A DNA stretch of 58,245 nucleotides from a virus (lineage: Duplodnaviria > Heunggongvirae > Uroviricota > Caudoviricetes). This document shows positions 1-8,848 of this stretch, piece by piece. Within the stretch, counting starts at the first letter, position 1. Each line of letters begins with the position of its first letter. A program made the translations under genes and the position numbers. Location of the stretch: IMG/VR virus record IMGVR_UViG_3300026088_000011. One strand, written 5' to 3'. The notes beneath the pieces were generated by a model that was not told the origin of the DNA, did no database searches, and worked only from the letters and a program-made list of their open reading frames with translations.

Positions 1-203
1 ATATTATTTAGCTGGCATTGATATAAACTATCTATAACAAATGATGAAATGGAATGCTATTATTTGGAGGATATTGTGGACAAAGTTCATTCAGCCCTCA
101 CAAGGTATAAAAAACTTTACAAGACAGATAAACAAAAATGATTAGAGTGAAATTCCTTAATGCTATATTATCTTGTAAATTCCTCGTTTTCAAGTACTTT
201 TCC

Positions 204-234
204 TTTGTTATTTCATAAATCTATTCTACTTTTA
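204..234 (+). promoter_or_regulatory. Bacteroidota-type sigma70 promoter (-33/-7) upstream of the scaffold-capsid operon
   Basis: TTTG at 204-207, 19-nt spacer, TActTTTA at 227-234 (consensus TTTG-N19-21-TAnnTTTG, one mismatch); intergenic, 32 nt before ATG 267. Confidence 0.6.
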
Positions 235-266
235 CATAATAAAAACCAATAGTAACTAACTAAATT

Positions 267-1601
267 ATGGCTGAGAAAGCAACTAATCTTCAGTCTACAC
301 AAGAATTATTTGGAAATTTCAGTATTTCTGATAGTGTAGAAATGACAGGAGCACAAGAAATCCTTGAAGGGTTATATGCCCCAGAAACATCCACTTCATC
401 TCCTGATGAAATAGAGGAACTCGGTGAAGAAAAACCTTTAAAAAAGAAATCAACAACTTCCACAGAAACAACTCTTAAAGAGGAAAAGAAAAAATCTCCT
501 AAAGAACTTGCAGAAGAAGCTCGTCAAAAAGCTGCTAAACAAGCTGAAAAAGGACTAAACTCCTTCTTAGAAGGAGAAGAATCTCAAGAAGAGGAACAAG
601 AAGAAGAGAATGAAGAAGAGGAATCTACAGAAGTAAAAAATAAAACTAAGGAAACTAAAGCTCTTGAGGAGACAGAAAATTCTGAAGAAGAGTCTTCTGA
701 ATCAGATAAAAACCAATTTGAAATCCTATCTAAGGAACTAACTAATCTTGGTGTCTTTTCAAAAGATGAAGATGAAGAAGATGTTGTTGCTAAAACTCCA
801 GAAGAATTCCTAGCAAGATTTAACTACGAAAAGGAAAAAGGAGCTAGAGAAATGATTAGTAATTTCATTAGTCAATTTGGTGAAGACAGGAGACATGCAT
901 TTTCAGCTATATTTGAAAAAGGAGTAGATCCTAAAGAGTATTTCTCTTCTTATAATAAAATCGAAAATCTTTCAGAAGTAGATTTAACTAAAGAAGAAAA
1001 TCAAATAGCAGTGGTTAGAGCAGGACTCACCACTCAAGGATTTGATCCAGCAGACGTAGATGGACAAATTGAAAAGTATAAAAACTATGGAGATTTGGAA
1101 GATATGTCTCAGAAATATCAAAAAATCCTAGTTAAAAAAGAAGCTGAGAAACTGTCGCAATTAGAAAAAGAAAGTGAACTTAAGATTCAACAACAAGCTG
1201 AATTCAAGAGTCAATATATGAAGAACGTAAATACAGTTCTTCAAAACAAATTAAAAGATAAGGAATTTGATGGCATTCCCATTAATCCCAAATTAGCTAA
1301 TGAACTACAAGATTTCCTTTTAGTAGATAAGTACAAAACTTCATCTGGAGAACCTTTAACAGATTTTGATGTTTCTATACTTGAACTAAAAAGACCTGAA
1401 AATCATGAAAGGAAAGTGAAAATAGCTCTTCTTCTAAAAATCTTAGAAAAAGACCCTACTCTCTCTACCATTCAAAAAACAGGAGTTACCAAAAAAACTA
1501 ATCAGTTATTTGGTGAATTGGTGAAGCAAACAAGCAAATCCTCAGTGAAATCAAGTAAGTCATCAGGAGCTTCAAAATCGTTGTTTTCTGAATACTTATA
1601 A
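267..1601 (+). CDS. Acidic protein upstream of MCP; putative capsid scaffolding protein (crAss-like capsid module)
   Basis: 444 aa, very E/K-rich low-complexity N-half, helical C-half; lies immediately before the MCP as in crAss-like capsid modules. Confidence 0.65.
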   Translation: MAEKATNLQSTQELFGNFSISDSVEMTGAQEILEGLYAPETSTSSPDEIEELGEEKPLKKKSTTSTETTLKEEKKKSPKELAEEARQKAAKQAEKGLNSFLEGEESQEEEQEEENEEEESTEVKNKTKETKALEETENSEEESSESDKNQFEILSKELTNLGVFSKDEDEEDVVAKTPEEFLARFNYEKEKGAREMISNFISQFGEDRRHAFSAIFEKGVDPKEYFSSYNKIENLSEVDLTKEENQIAVVRAGLTTQGFDPADVDGQIEKYKNYGDLEDMSQKYQKILVKKEAEKLSQLEKESELKIQQQAEFKSQYMKNVNTVLQNKLKDKEFDGIPINPKLANELQDFLLVDKYKTSSGEPLTDFDVSILELKRPENHERKVKIALLLKILEKDPTLSTIQKTGVTKKTNQLFGELVKQTSKSSVKSSKSSGASKSLFSEYL

Positions 1602-1627
1602 AATAAAAATCTAAATTTAAATAACAA

Positions 1628-3181
1628 ATGGCAATTCAAACAATCCCAGGACTAACTGGTTTTACCTATGCTAGGATAGCTTCTATGGACAAACGTGCTG
1701 TAGGTAAGCTCACCGATAGTAATCACTTGGAGAGTTTTCACTCTACAGATCCTGCAAACTATGATAAAAAAATCATAAGTTTGTATACTCAGAGTTCATT
1801 GTATAGCAATGACTTCTTGGATATGATTAATAAATCCACTCCATTCTATATTGATACAAATAGCGATGCTTGGAAATGGGATGTTAATGTTCCTTACAAA
1901 TTCCCTAAAATTATTGATGTTCCTGTTTCAACACAGAATCTCACTAAACCTGGAATTGATGGACAAGAATTCTCATTAGTTTTGGATACTAATGAATTCT
2001 CTAAAAACTCCATCATCTCTGTTGGTAGCCGTCAATATGGTCCTAGGTTCTATGTAACCAAAGATCCTCAACCTTGGAATGTTGGATATGTGTATTCGTT
2101 TACACTTGTAACTGATAACCCTACAGTGGATTTCGTTGCCCCTGTATTCTTGGAGATTGGAATTGAATTGGAATTGGTTGATGCATCAATTGGTGAATTT
2201 GACCAAGATTTACTAGGCTTACCACGTTTGGGTGAGAAAATCACAATGTTTGAATCTTTAGGTTCAGGATATGGTTTTGAACATAAGATTACAGCATGGG
2301 CTGATACAAAAATGTTGAGAGATAGCTCAGGTAGACCTTTAGATATTCTAGTGTATGTTCCTCAACGTAGGAATCAATTGGCTCTTACTCGTAATGATAT
2401 TAAGTGGGAACCATTTATCGAATTCTGGATGCGTAAAGCAATGCTAGAATTGAAAGTTAAAAAGATGATCTGGGGTAAACCTGGAACCGTTAAAACTAAT
2501 GGATCAAGACAAGAATTGAAACGTACTACTGCTGGTGTATACCACAGAATGCGCAATAATGGTAACTTGGTACAATATAATCGTGGGGAATTCTCTGCTA
2601 ACTTAATCCGTAGCGTATTTGGAGATTTATTCTACAGACGTGTGGATGTTAAAGATCGTAGAGTTAAAATGTATACTAATGAAGCTGGTTTTGATACTTT
2701 CCAACAAGCTTTAAAAACAGATGCTCTTAATTCAGGATTGACATTTATGGCAGATAGCGGTAATCGTTATATGCAAGGTGAAGGTCAACATATCACATAC
2801 AACTTTGCATTTGATGCAATGGTTACTCGTGAAACAGGTAGAGTAGAACTAGTTCACTTAAAAGAACTTGATCTTCCTCAATCTAACTTGGAATTCGGTC
2901 AAAATAAGAAGTCTACTCCTGTATTCTTTGTGTTTGATGTGTCTCCTATGTCAGATGGATCAATGGTTAATAACATCCGTGAAGTACGTATGGAAGGTGA
3001 ACCTTCTATGACTTGGGGATATATTGATGGACGTAGACATCACTTAGGATTTGCAAAATCACAAGGTATGTCTAGTGCTAACAAGTTTCCTGGGTATGAA
3101 TTGTGGATGCAAGATCGTTGTGATGTCTTCATTGAAGATTTGTCTCGTACTGTCCTTATAGAAGAGATACCACAATTCTAG
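1628..3181 (+). CDS. Major capsid protein, crAss-like
   Basis: 517 aa; size, position and sequence style (MAIQTIPGLTGFTYAR..., ...QDRCDVFIEDLSRTVLIEEIPQF) match crAss-like MCPs as recalled; followed by conserved structural-module genes. Confidence 0.9.
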   Translation: MAIQTIPGLTGFTYARIASMDKRAVGKLTDSNHLESFHSTDPANYDKKIISLYTQSSLYSNDFLDMINKSTPFYIDTNSDAWKWDVNVPYKFPKIIDVPVSTQNLTKPGIDGQEFSLVLDTNEFSKNSIISVGSRQYGPRFYVTKDPQPWNVGYVYSFTLVTDNPTVDFVAPVFLEIGIELELVDASIGEFDQDLLGLPRLGEKITMFESLGSGYGFEHKITAWADTKMLRDSSGRPLDILVYVPQRRNQLALTRNDIKWEPFIEFWMRKAMLELKVKKMIWGKPGTVKTNGSRQELKRTTAGVYHRMRNNGNLVQYNRGEFSANLIRSVFGDLFYRRVDVKDRRVKMYTNEAGFDTFQQALKTDALNSGLTFMADSGNRYMQGEGQHITYNFAFDAMVTRETGRVELVHLKELDLPQSNLEFGQNKKSTPVFFVFDVSPMSDGSMVNNIREVRMEGEPSMTWGYIDGRRHHLGFAKSQGMSSANKFPGYELWMQDRCDVFIEDLSRTVLIEEIPQF

Positions 3182-3654
3182 TGATAACTACTCACGAAGA
3201 TAGAAAATGTGAGTATTGTGGTAAAAAACTAGAAAAGAAGGAAAATAAAAGACAACTTAGAAGAGATAAAAAGTTTTGTAACCAAAAATGTCACGATAAA
3301 TTTAAATATGAGAATTCTTCGAAATCTCACAAAAAGTTTAAAGATGAATATGGTTTAAACAAATACACATTAAAAGGAATTAAAAAGAAACTAGAGTTAA
3401 TAGAATTGTTTGGAGGAAAGTGTGAAAAGTGTGGATATAATAAAAATATATCAGCTTTTGATTTTCATCACAGAGATCCAGATGAAAAGAGTTTTGAGAT
3501 CAAAGTTCAGAATTTGAATTACAAAACAGATGAAGTTATTCTAGAAGAAGCTTTGAAATGTATGTTATTATGTTCTAATTGTCACAGAGAAATACATAAT
3601 CCTTATATGGATAAGGAGCATGTGGACAGAGTTATAAAATTACAGAAAGCCTAA
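3181..3654 (+). CDS. Free-standing HNH endonuclease with Zn-binding CxxC motifs
   Basis: CEYC...CNQKC, CEKC, FDFHH...CMLLCSNCHREIH motifs; GTG start overlaps the MCP stop (TAGTG). Confidence 0.85.
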   Translation: MITTHEDRKCEYCGKKLEKKENKRQLRRDKKFCNQKCHDKFKYENSSKSHKKFKDEYGLNKYTLKGIKKKLELIELFGGKCEKCGYNKNISAFDFHHRDPDEKSFEIKVQNLNYKTDEVILEEALKCMLLCSNCHREIHNPYMDKEHVDRVIKLQKA

Positions 3655-3682
3655 CCTCTTCAAAATGCTGAGTTTGAAGAGG
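3655..3682 (+). other. Perfect 10-bp hairpin between HNH stop and tRNA (processing site or weak terminator)
   Basis: CCTCTTCAAA-atgctgag-TTTGAAGAGG, followed only by a weak GCTTTC tract. Confidence 0.55.
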
Positions 3683-3695
3683 GCTTTCAAAAAAT

Positions 3696-3769
3696 AGCGG
3701 GTTAGAGAAGTGGCCATCTCACAAGCCTCATAAGCTTGAAAACCTTGGTTCGAATCCAAGACACCGCAA
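3696..3769 (+). tRNA. trnM: tRNA with CAT anticodon (Met/fMet-like, atypical)
   Basis: Cloverleaf folded by hand: D-stem GAGA/TCTC, anticodon stem CAAGC/GCTTG with loop CT-CAT-AA (anticodon 3729-3731), T-arm CTTGG-TTCGAAT-CCAAG; acceptor stem needs one bulged A (3763); CCA not encoded. Confidence 0.85.
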
Positions 3770-3800
3770 CAAAAATAAAAACCAAATAACTAACTAAATT

Positions 3801-4763
3801 ATGGGCAGGACAGGCAAAATCTCCACTATTAAGAGAACCTATAGCAGTACACAGCAAACTATGCAAAGTGAACTTGCTAAACATGGAATTAGCAGAATCC
3901 CTGGAACAGGGGTATTCAAATTTCCTTACAAGGAACTCACTGGAGTTTATAGAACAGGATTAGATCCAAAAGCAGCTTATATCAGCAGAATTCAAGATAG
4001 GGCAGCTAAAGAAGTAGAGATTGATAGGGTTACTAAACTAAGAGATAAATTACAAGAAGCTCTTGGAGTAGACCTAGGACCAAAGTCCTCATTCTGGGAT
4101 CATAGTAAATCCACTTCATCTGAGGATCAATCCCACGTTCAACCTGTTAAATTAATGGATGGAGATAATCTATTCGATTTATCTATTCCATATAAGGAGC
4201 TAGCTTTCTCTTGGCTTAGAGTTCACCCTACTGTTGCTTCTTCTTTTCAAGCATGGGAGAGAGGAGAATATCCAGCAGATACACAATTTTATGTAGCAGA
4301 TGATGAAGTTGAAAATGCAATTGCTTTCAACAAGAAAAAGGCCATAAATAAAGCCATTATAGCATTTGATGCTATGACTCCTGATAAGAAGAAGAAAGTG
4401 GCAAGACAATTAGGATTGCCTGTAGAAGATAATACAAAAGAAGAAATTGTTTATAACTTAGTAGACGATCTTTTCAAGAAAAGTGAATTTAAATCTGGCA
4501 CTTTCCAAGGATTAAGTCCTATTGAAGTATTCAATAGATTTGCAAATATGAAAGAAGATATTCTTCATGCAAAAGATTTAATTAAACAAGCCATCACTCA
4601 CTCTATTTATAGAATGAAACCTAATGGTAAGCTCTATGAAGGAGAAAATGAAATTGCAAAAGATGAGGATGATTTGGTTAAATTCCTAGTAAATGAAGAT
4701 AACCAAGCTGATTTAATAGAATTACAAGAAAAATTAAAATATAAAACCTTGTCTGCTGTATGA
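3801..4763 (+). CDS. Conserved crAss-like protein following MCP (function unknown)
   Basis: 320 aa in the conserved post-MCP position; shares an 18-nt leader with the 267 gene. Confidence 0.7.
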   Translation: MGRTGKISTIKRTYSSTQQTMQSELAKHGISRIPGTGVFKFPYKELTGVYRTGLDPKAAYISRIQDRAAKEVEIDRVTKLRDKLQEALGVDLGPKSSFWDHSKSTSSEDQSHVQPVKLMDGDNLFDLSIPYKELAFSWLRVHPTVASSFQAWERGEYPADTQFYVADDEVENAIAFNKKKAINKAIIAFDAMTPDKKKKVARQLGLPVEDNTKEEIVYNLVDDLFKKSEFKSGTFQGLSPIEVFNRFANMKEDILHAKDLIKQAITHSIYRMKPNGKLYEGENEIAKDEDDLVKFLVNEDNQADLIELQEKLKYKTLSAV

Positions 4764-5491
4764 TTCCCGTAGATAGTTTATTGTACAAAATAGATCAAAA
4801 GCTAAATAAACTATCAAGTAACGAACATCAACAGATAAGTCTTGAAGATAAAATATTAGCTTTAAATGAGGCTCAAATAAAGCTGATAAAACAGAAATTA
4901 GATGGTCAAAATACTGTTTCTGGTTTAGGATTTGATGCATTTAAAAAGAGATATGAAGATTTAGAAAGACTTATAGAGTCTTATGAAGATCATAAACTTC
5001 CTCTAGAAGAAACGAATAAAGAACTAAACAAATGGACTGCCTCTCTATCTGGAGTATCTCCTGCTTACATGTTCTATGTTGATAGTTATATATTAGCAGA
5101 CAAAGGAAAATGTAAGAATAGAAGAATAAAGATAAATCCAGATTTAGCTAGACATGGAGATATTCAAATGTTATTAGCAAATGATCATACAAAACCATCA
5201 TTTGAATATCAAGAAACATTTAATATAATAGCATCAGATGAAATATCTATATTCACAGATGGGACGTTTTCTCCGTTAGATTTATATCTATCATATGTTC
5301 GTTATCCAGATTATATAGATAAAGAAGGATATATTAAATTAGATGGAAATCCTTCAACAACTGTCAATTGTGTACTTAAAAACTATCTAGAGGACGAATT
5401 AGTGGATTTAACAGTACAAAATATAGCAATGTACACAGAAAATACATCTGCTGCCCAAAGTGCTGAATTTAGAATAAAAACAGACGAATAA
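4760..5491 (+). CDS. Tail ring (neck) protein, crAss-like
   Basis: 243 aa; N-terminal helical KIDQKLNKLSSN...LNEAQ pattern typical of crAss ring proteins; ATGA overlap; synteny. Confidence 0.65.
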   Translation: MIPVDSLLYKIDQKLNKLSSNEHQQISLEDKILALNEAQIKLIKQKLDGQNTVSGLGFDAFKKRYEDLERLIESYEDHKLPLEETNKELNKWTASLSGVSPAYMFYVDSYILADKGKCKNRRIKINPDLARHGDIQMLLANDHTKPSFEYQETFNIIASDEISIFTDGTFSPLDLYLSYVRYPDYIDKEGYIKLDGNPSTTVNCVLKNYLEDELVDLTVQNIAMYTENTSAAQSAEFRIKTDE

Positions 5492-5516
5492 ACTTTAACA
5501 ATTTAAATAAACAAAC

Positions 5517-6674
5517 ATGTCAGATTTCTCATTAACCACCGTCTTTGTTGTTCCAGTAGGGAATACACTCCCTAGCTCTGGTAGCACACAAGACTTAACT
5601 GCTGGTCAGTTTGGTATATTCAGAAGTGATTACACAGTAGCCACTGCTGGTAACATTGCTGCATCTGCTTACTTCTACCTTGCACAAGGAAGAACTAATA
5701 CTTACCTACAAGGAAGTAAACGTTCTGATAAAATCAAGGGATGTGCAACAGCCAATTGTACTTCAAATGTAACAGATTGGCGTAAGGTCACTGGATGTGC
5801 TACTGCTGCTACTCAAGTAACAGATGTAAGTGGATGGAATGTAAAATGTGGTGATATTCTCACTCTTACATTACGTGCCCAATCTTCTTATCTTTCTACT
5901 CTTTATTTCAATGGTTTCACTCGTTCAGTAACTGTTCAAGCTCCTTGTTGTGCTTGCGGTGCTGATCCTTGTACCGTTGTAGATGTACCTGCTCTTATTG
6001 ATAAGCTTATCATAGCACTAAATCAAGCAGCTCCTGGTAATAATTCAGATAATATTTCTCTTTCAGATTTCTATCAATTCCAACGTATAGGAAACAACTC
6101 ATCTGCAATTCTTCGTATTTCTGGTAAGCCTCTTACTAGATATGGACAACCTTGCGATATTGCTGCCTTTCCTTACGAATATGATAGAATGTGGTTTAGA
6201 ACATTCGTATTCTCTGGTCCTGCTACCACAGCAGACTTTATTGTACCAGATGCTTGTGATATTGTAGCTACAGCCACTGTAACACAAAGAGCCACTTATG
6301 CAACAGGTCAATCTGATGAAATTAAACAACTTGAAAAGAATTTCTATAGCTATCAAGCTGGATATTTGAAGAGTCTTTACAGAATGAACGGTTACAATGA
6401 GAACTTCGAATCTTGGGTAACTGATGGTACAAACTATGATACTTTCTATATTCGTTTTAATGAAATAGATAAATCAGCATATCAATGGGGAGATTATATT
6501 CCTGAAGACAGTCTTGTCATCATAGCAACTCCTTCATCTGTAACTGCTGGTATTCAAACTGTTTTGGAAGCTGCTTTAGGTACAGTAGTTACTGATAACG
6601 CTTGTATTACGACAACTAGTACTACAACTACTGTTTGGCCTACTACTTCAACAACTTCTACACTTATACCTTAA
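5517..6674 (+). CDS. Auxiliary capsid (decoration) protein with C-terminal Thr-rich tail
   Basis: 385 aa, beta-rich, CCACGADPC motif, ends CITTTSTTTTVWPTTSTTSTLIP; last gene before a strong terminator, in the position of the crAss auxiliary capsid gene. Confidence 0.65.
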   Translation: MSDFSLTTVFVVPVGNTLPSSGSTQDLTAGQFGIFRSDYTVATAGNIAASAYFYLAQGRTNTYLQGSKRSDKIKGCATANCTSNVTDWRKVTGCATAATQVTDVSGWNVKCGDILTLTLRAQSSYLSTLYFNGFTRSVTVQAPCCACGADPCTVVDVPALIDKLIIALNQAAPGNNSDNISLSDFYQFQRIGNNSSAILRISGKPLTRYGQPCDIAAFPYEYDRMWFRTFVFSGPATTADFIVPDACDIVATATVTQRATYATGQSDEIKQLEKNFYSYQAGYLKSLYRMNGYNENFESWVTDGTNYDTFYIRFNEIDKSAYQWGDYIPEDSLVIIATPSSVTAGIQTVLEAALGTVVTDNACITTTSTTTTVWPTTSTTSTLIP

Positions 6675-6698
6675 TAGTAGATTTAGAATAATATACCG

Positions 6699-6735
6699 AA
6701 AAAGGGGAGGAAGGATAACTTCCCTCCCCTTTTTT
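6699..6735 (+). terminator. Intrinsic terminator ending the capsid operon
   Basis: GGGGAGG-AAG/GATAA loop/CTT-C-CCTCCCC stem followed by T6; upstream A5 tract. Confidence 0.85.
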
Positions 6736-6751
6736 ATTTAAACTAATAGCA

Positions 6752-7321
6752 ATGGCAGACTTAACATTAGATATACTAGTAATTGAAACATTCAACAAGC
6801 TTACATTAGGAATAGCTGATATTTCTACTTATCCTGATAGTCCTCCTATTTCTTCCCCTACTATCACTATAGAAATCCCTAATGGTTTTGATAGTGTTTC
6901 TCTTCCCTTTACTCCTAATACATTCAATGTATTTAATTCCTTAATTTTAGGACTTAGTGCTCCTGGGGATGATTTAACTCCTCTTCCAGATGGAACATAC
7001 ACATTGACATATTCAGTAACTCCTTCTTCAGAAAACTTTGTTACAAAAACCTTTCAAAGAACGGAGATATTTCAGGAAAAGTTTGATGAAGCTTATATGA
7101 AGCTGGATATGATGCAATGTGACATGGCTATTAAAACTCAATCTAAAGTGGATTTAACTTCTATATATTTCTTTATAGAAGGATCTAAAGCAGCAGCTAA
7201 TAATTGTGCCATTGATACAGCCAATACTCTTTACAGACAAGCAAATAAGCAGTTATGTAATTTTATTGCTAATAATTGTGGATGTTCAAGAAATAATAAT
7301 TTTATAACTAACTTCATATAA
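6752..7321 (+). CDS. Putative tail-fibre hub/attachment protein
   Basis: 189 aa, Ig-like N-half plus Cys-containing helical C-terminus (NNCGCS); directly precedes fibre genes. Confidence 0.5.
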   Translation: MADLTLDILVIETFNKLTLGIADISTYPDSPPISSPTITIEIPNGFDSVSLPFTPNTFNVFNSLILGLSAPGDDLTPLPDGTYTLTYSVTPSSENFVTKTFQRTEIFQEKFDEAYMKLDMMQCDMAIKTQSKVDLTSIYFFIEGSKAAANNCAIDTANTLYRQANKQLCNFIANNCGCSRNNNFITNFI

Positions 7322-7331
7322 AACCAATTTT

Positions 7332-7475
7332 ATGAAATGCTCTAAATGTGGGGCAGTACAAGGATGTTCTTGCCAATTAAAAAATGGAATGTGTCCTTCA
7401 TGCTATTCAGCCTCTTTACAGGCAACTAATCCAAATACACAACCTCAAGTAAATGCTCCAGCCCAGACTAACTAA
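7332..7475 (+). CDS. Cys-rich microprotein (47 aa), not in ORF track
   Basis: Manual translation MKCSKCGAVQGCSCQLKNGMCPSCYSASLQATNPNTQPQVNAPAQTN*; preceded by AAACCAATTTT leader; fills the gap between two genes. Confidence 0.7.
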   Translation: MKCSKCGAVQGCSCQLKNGMCPSCYSASLQATNPNTQPQVNAPAQTN

Positions 7476-7719
7476 TTGTGTAGATTGCACAACAATACCT
7501 GTATTACTATCAGAAATTAACTGTAAGATATTCTCATTAGCTAAAAATGAATACAATAATACAGTATTTGATCTTAATAAATGTATAGATAGAGAAGTTA
7601 TGTGGGATTTGCTCTTATATAAAAGAATATTAACATTTAAATTATACAATCCTGATTATGCTTGTAGGTTTACTGTTAAGAAAATAGCCAGCCGAATAAA
7701 AATATTAATTAATAAATAA
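7453..7719 (+). CDS. Small structural protein, putative second hub component
   Basis: 88 aa with CVDC motif; tightly packed in the fibre-attachment cluster. Confidence 0.55.
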   Translation: MLQPRLTNCVDCTTIPVLLSEINCKIFSLAKNEYNNTVFDLNKCIDREVMWDLLLYKRILTFKLYNPDYACRFTVKKIASRIKILINK

Positions 7720-7728
7720 ATCAATAAA

Positions 7729-8841
7729 ATGTGCTCAAACTGTTATAATGGATGTACTGAAGTAACCTCAGATAAATGTGTAAGATACACAGGAGTAGAT
7801 GTTCCTGTACTAGAAATACAAACAGGAGATAGTCTTTCCTATGTAGAGCAAGCTTTAATTACTTTTCTAACATCCACACTAGATGGAACAGGGATTAAAC
7901 CTACAATTCCTTCAGAAATTATATGTACTTTAGTAAGTCAATATCTTCCTACCTGTGAAGATCTTACAGTGGTAAATTTACTTAAGGCTTTAATACAAGC
8001 AGCTTGTAATTTACAAGAACAAATAGATACAATTAACACTACACTTACAACATTAAATGCTGATTATGATGTAGACTGTCTAACAGGAGTGGGTGCTGGA
8101 GATGGTACACATGCTATATTACAAGCAGTGATTACTAAATTATGTTCTGTAAGTACAGATTTAGCAGCTTTAACATTAAATGTTTCTACAAATTATGTAG
8201 CAATAGCTGACTTAAATGCATTAATCGCAGCATATCTAGATTCTCTTCCTTCTTCTACAGCATTCTATACAAAGATGGTTCCCTACACTGTTGTAGAATA
8301 TTATGGATCTCTTAGTAGTTTTGATGCTACAGGAGCTGGATTTGGAGATTGGATAAACATCTACTTATGTAATGGTTTAAATGGCACTCCAGATAAAAGG
8401 GGGAGAGTTCCTGTAGGAGCCATAGTAGGAGTCCCTGGTGGAGTATTAGCCCCTGCTGTAAATCCAGCATCCTCAGTTTTCAATCCTAATTATGCGTTAG
8501 GAGACACTGTATATGGAGTTAATAATATAGTGTTGGATACAACACAAATTCCTTCTCATACTCACTCCATTACAGACCCTAGTCATTTTCATTACTCTGC
8601 CCAAGATGTAGCCCTATCAGGAGCTACAGTTCCTGTAACAGCAGCTTTCCCAATGGTTAGAAAATGGAGTGTAGCTGGAAATACTGATTATGACCTAAAT
8701 TCAGGAAATGCAGCAGCTACAGTATCCCCTACAAGTACAAGTGCTACAGGAATAACAGGAGCAAATGCTACAGGAGGAGGATTAGGTCATGATAATAAAC
8801 AACCCTCTCTAGCAACGTACTACATCATGTACATACCTTAA
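7729..8841 (+). CDS. Tail fibre with Cys-rich N-terminal anchor and C-terminal collar-like domain
   Basis: MCSNCYNGC...CVRYTG anchor, coiled coil, then YLCNGLNGTPDKRGRVPVG...GGLGHDNKQPSLATYYIMYIP typical of phage tail-collar/short-fibre tips. Confidence 0.75.
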   Translation: MCSNCYNGCTEVTSDKCVRYTGVDVPVLEIQTGDSLSYVEQALITFLTSTLDGTGIKPTIPSEIICTLVSQYLPTCEDLTVVNLLKALIQAACNLQEQIDTINTTLTTLNADYDVDCLTGVGAGDGTHAILQAVITKLCSVSTDLAALTLNVSTNYVAIADLNALIAAYLDSLPSSTAFYTKMVPYTVVEYYGSLSSFDATGAGFGDWINIYLCNGLNGTPDKRGRVPVGAIVGVPGGVLAPAVNPASSVFNPNYALGDTVYGVNNIVLDTTQIPSHTHSITDPSHFHYSAQDVALSGATVPVTAAFPMVRKWSVAGNTDYDLNSGNAAATVSPTSTSATGITGANATGGGLGHDNKQPSLATYYIMYIP

Positions 8842-8848
8842 TACAAAT

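Noticed and set aside
1-145. Possible end of an upstream gene (YYLAGIDINYL*, 2-37) and short ORFs 41-145 or 49-141
   Set aside because: Competing frames, too short, and no recognisable motif; cannot choose between them
3181-3800. Group I intron around the HNH gene
   Set aside because: The MCP appears complete before the HNH, and the downstream structure is explained by a hairpin and tRNA; no intron core elements were recognised
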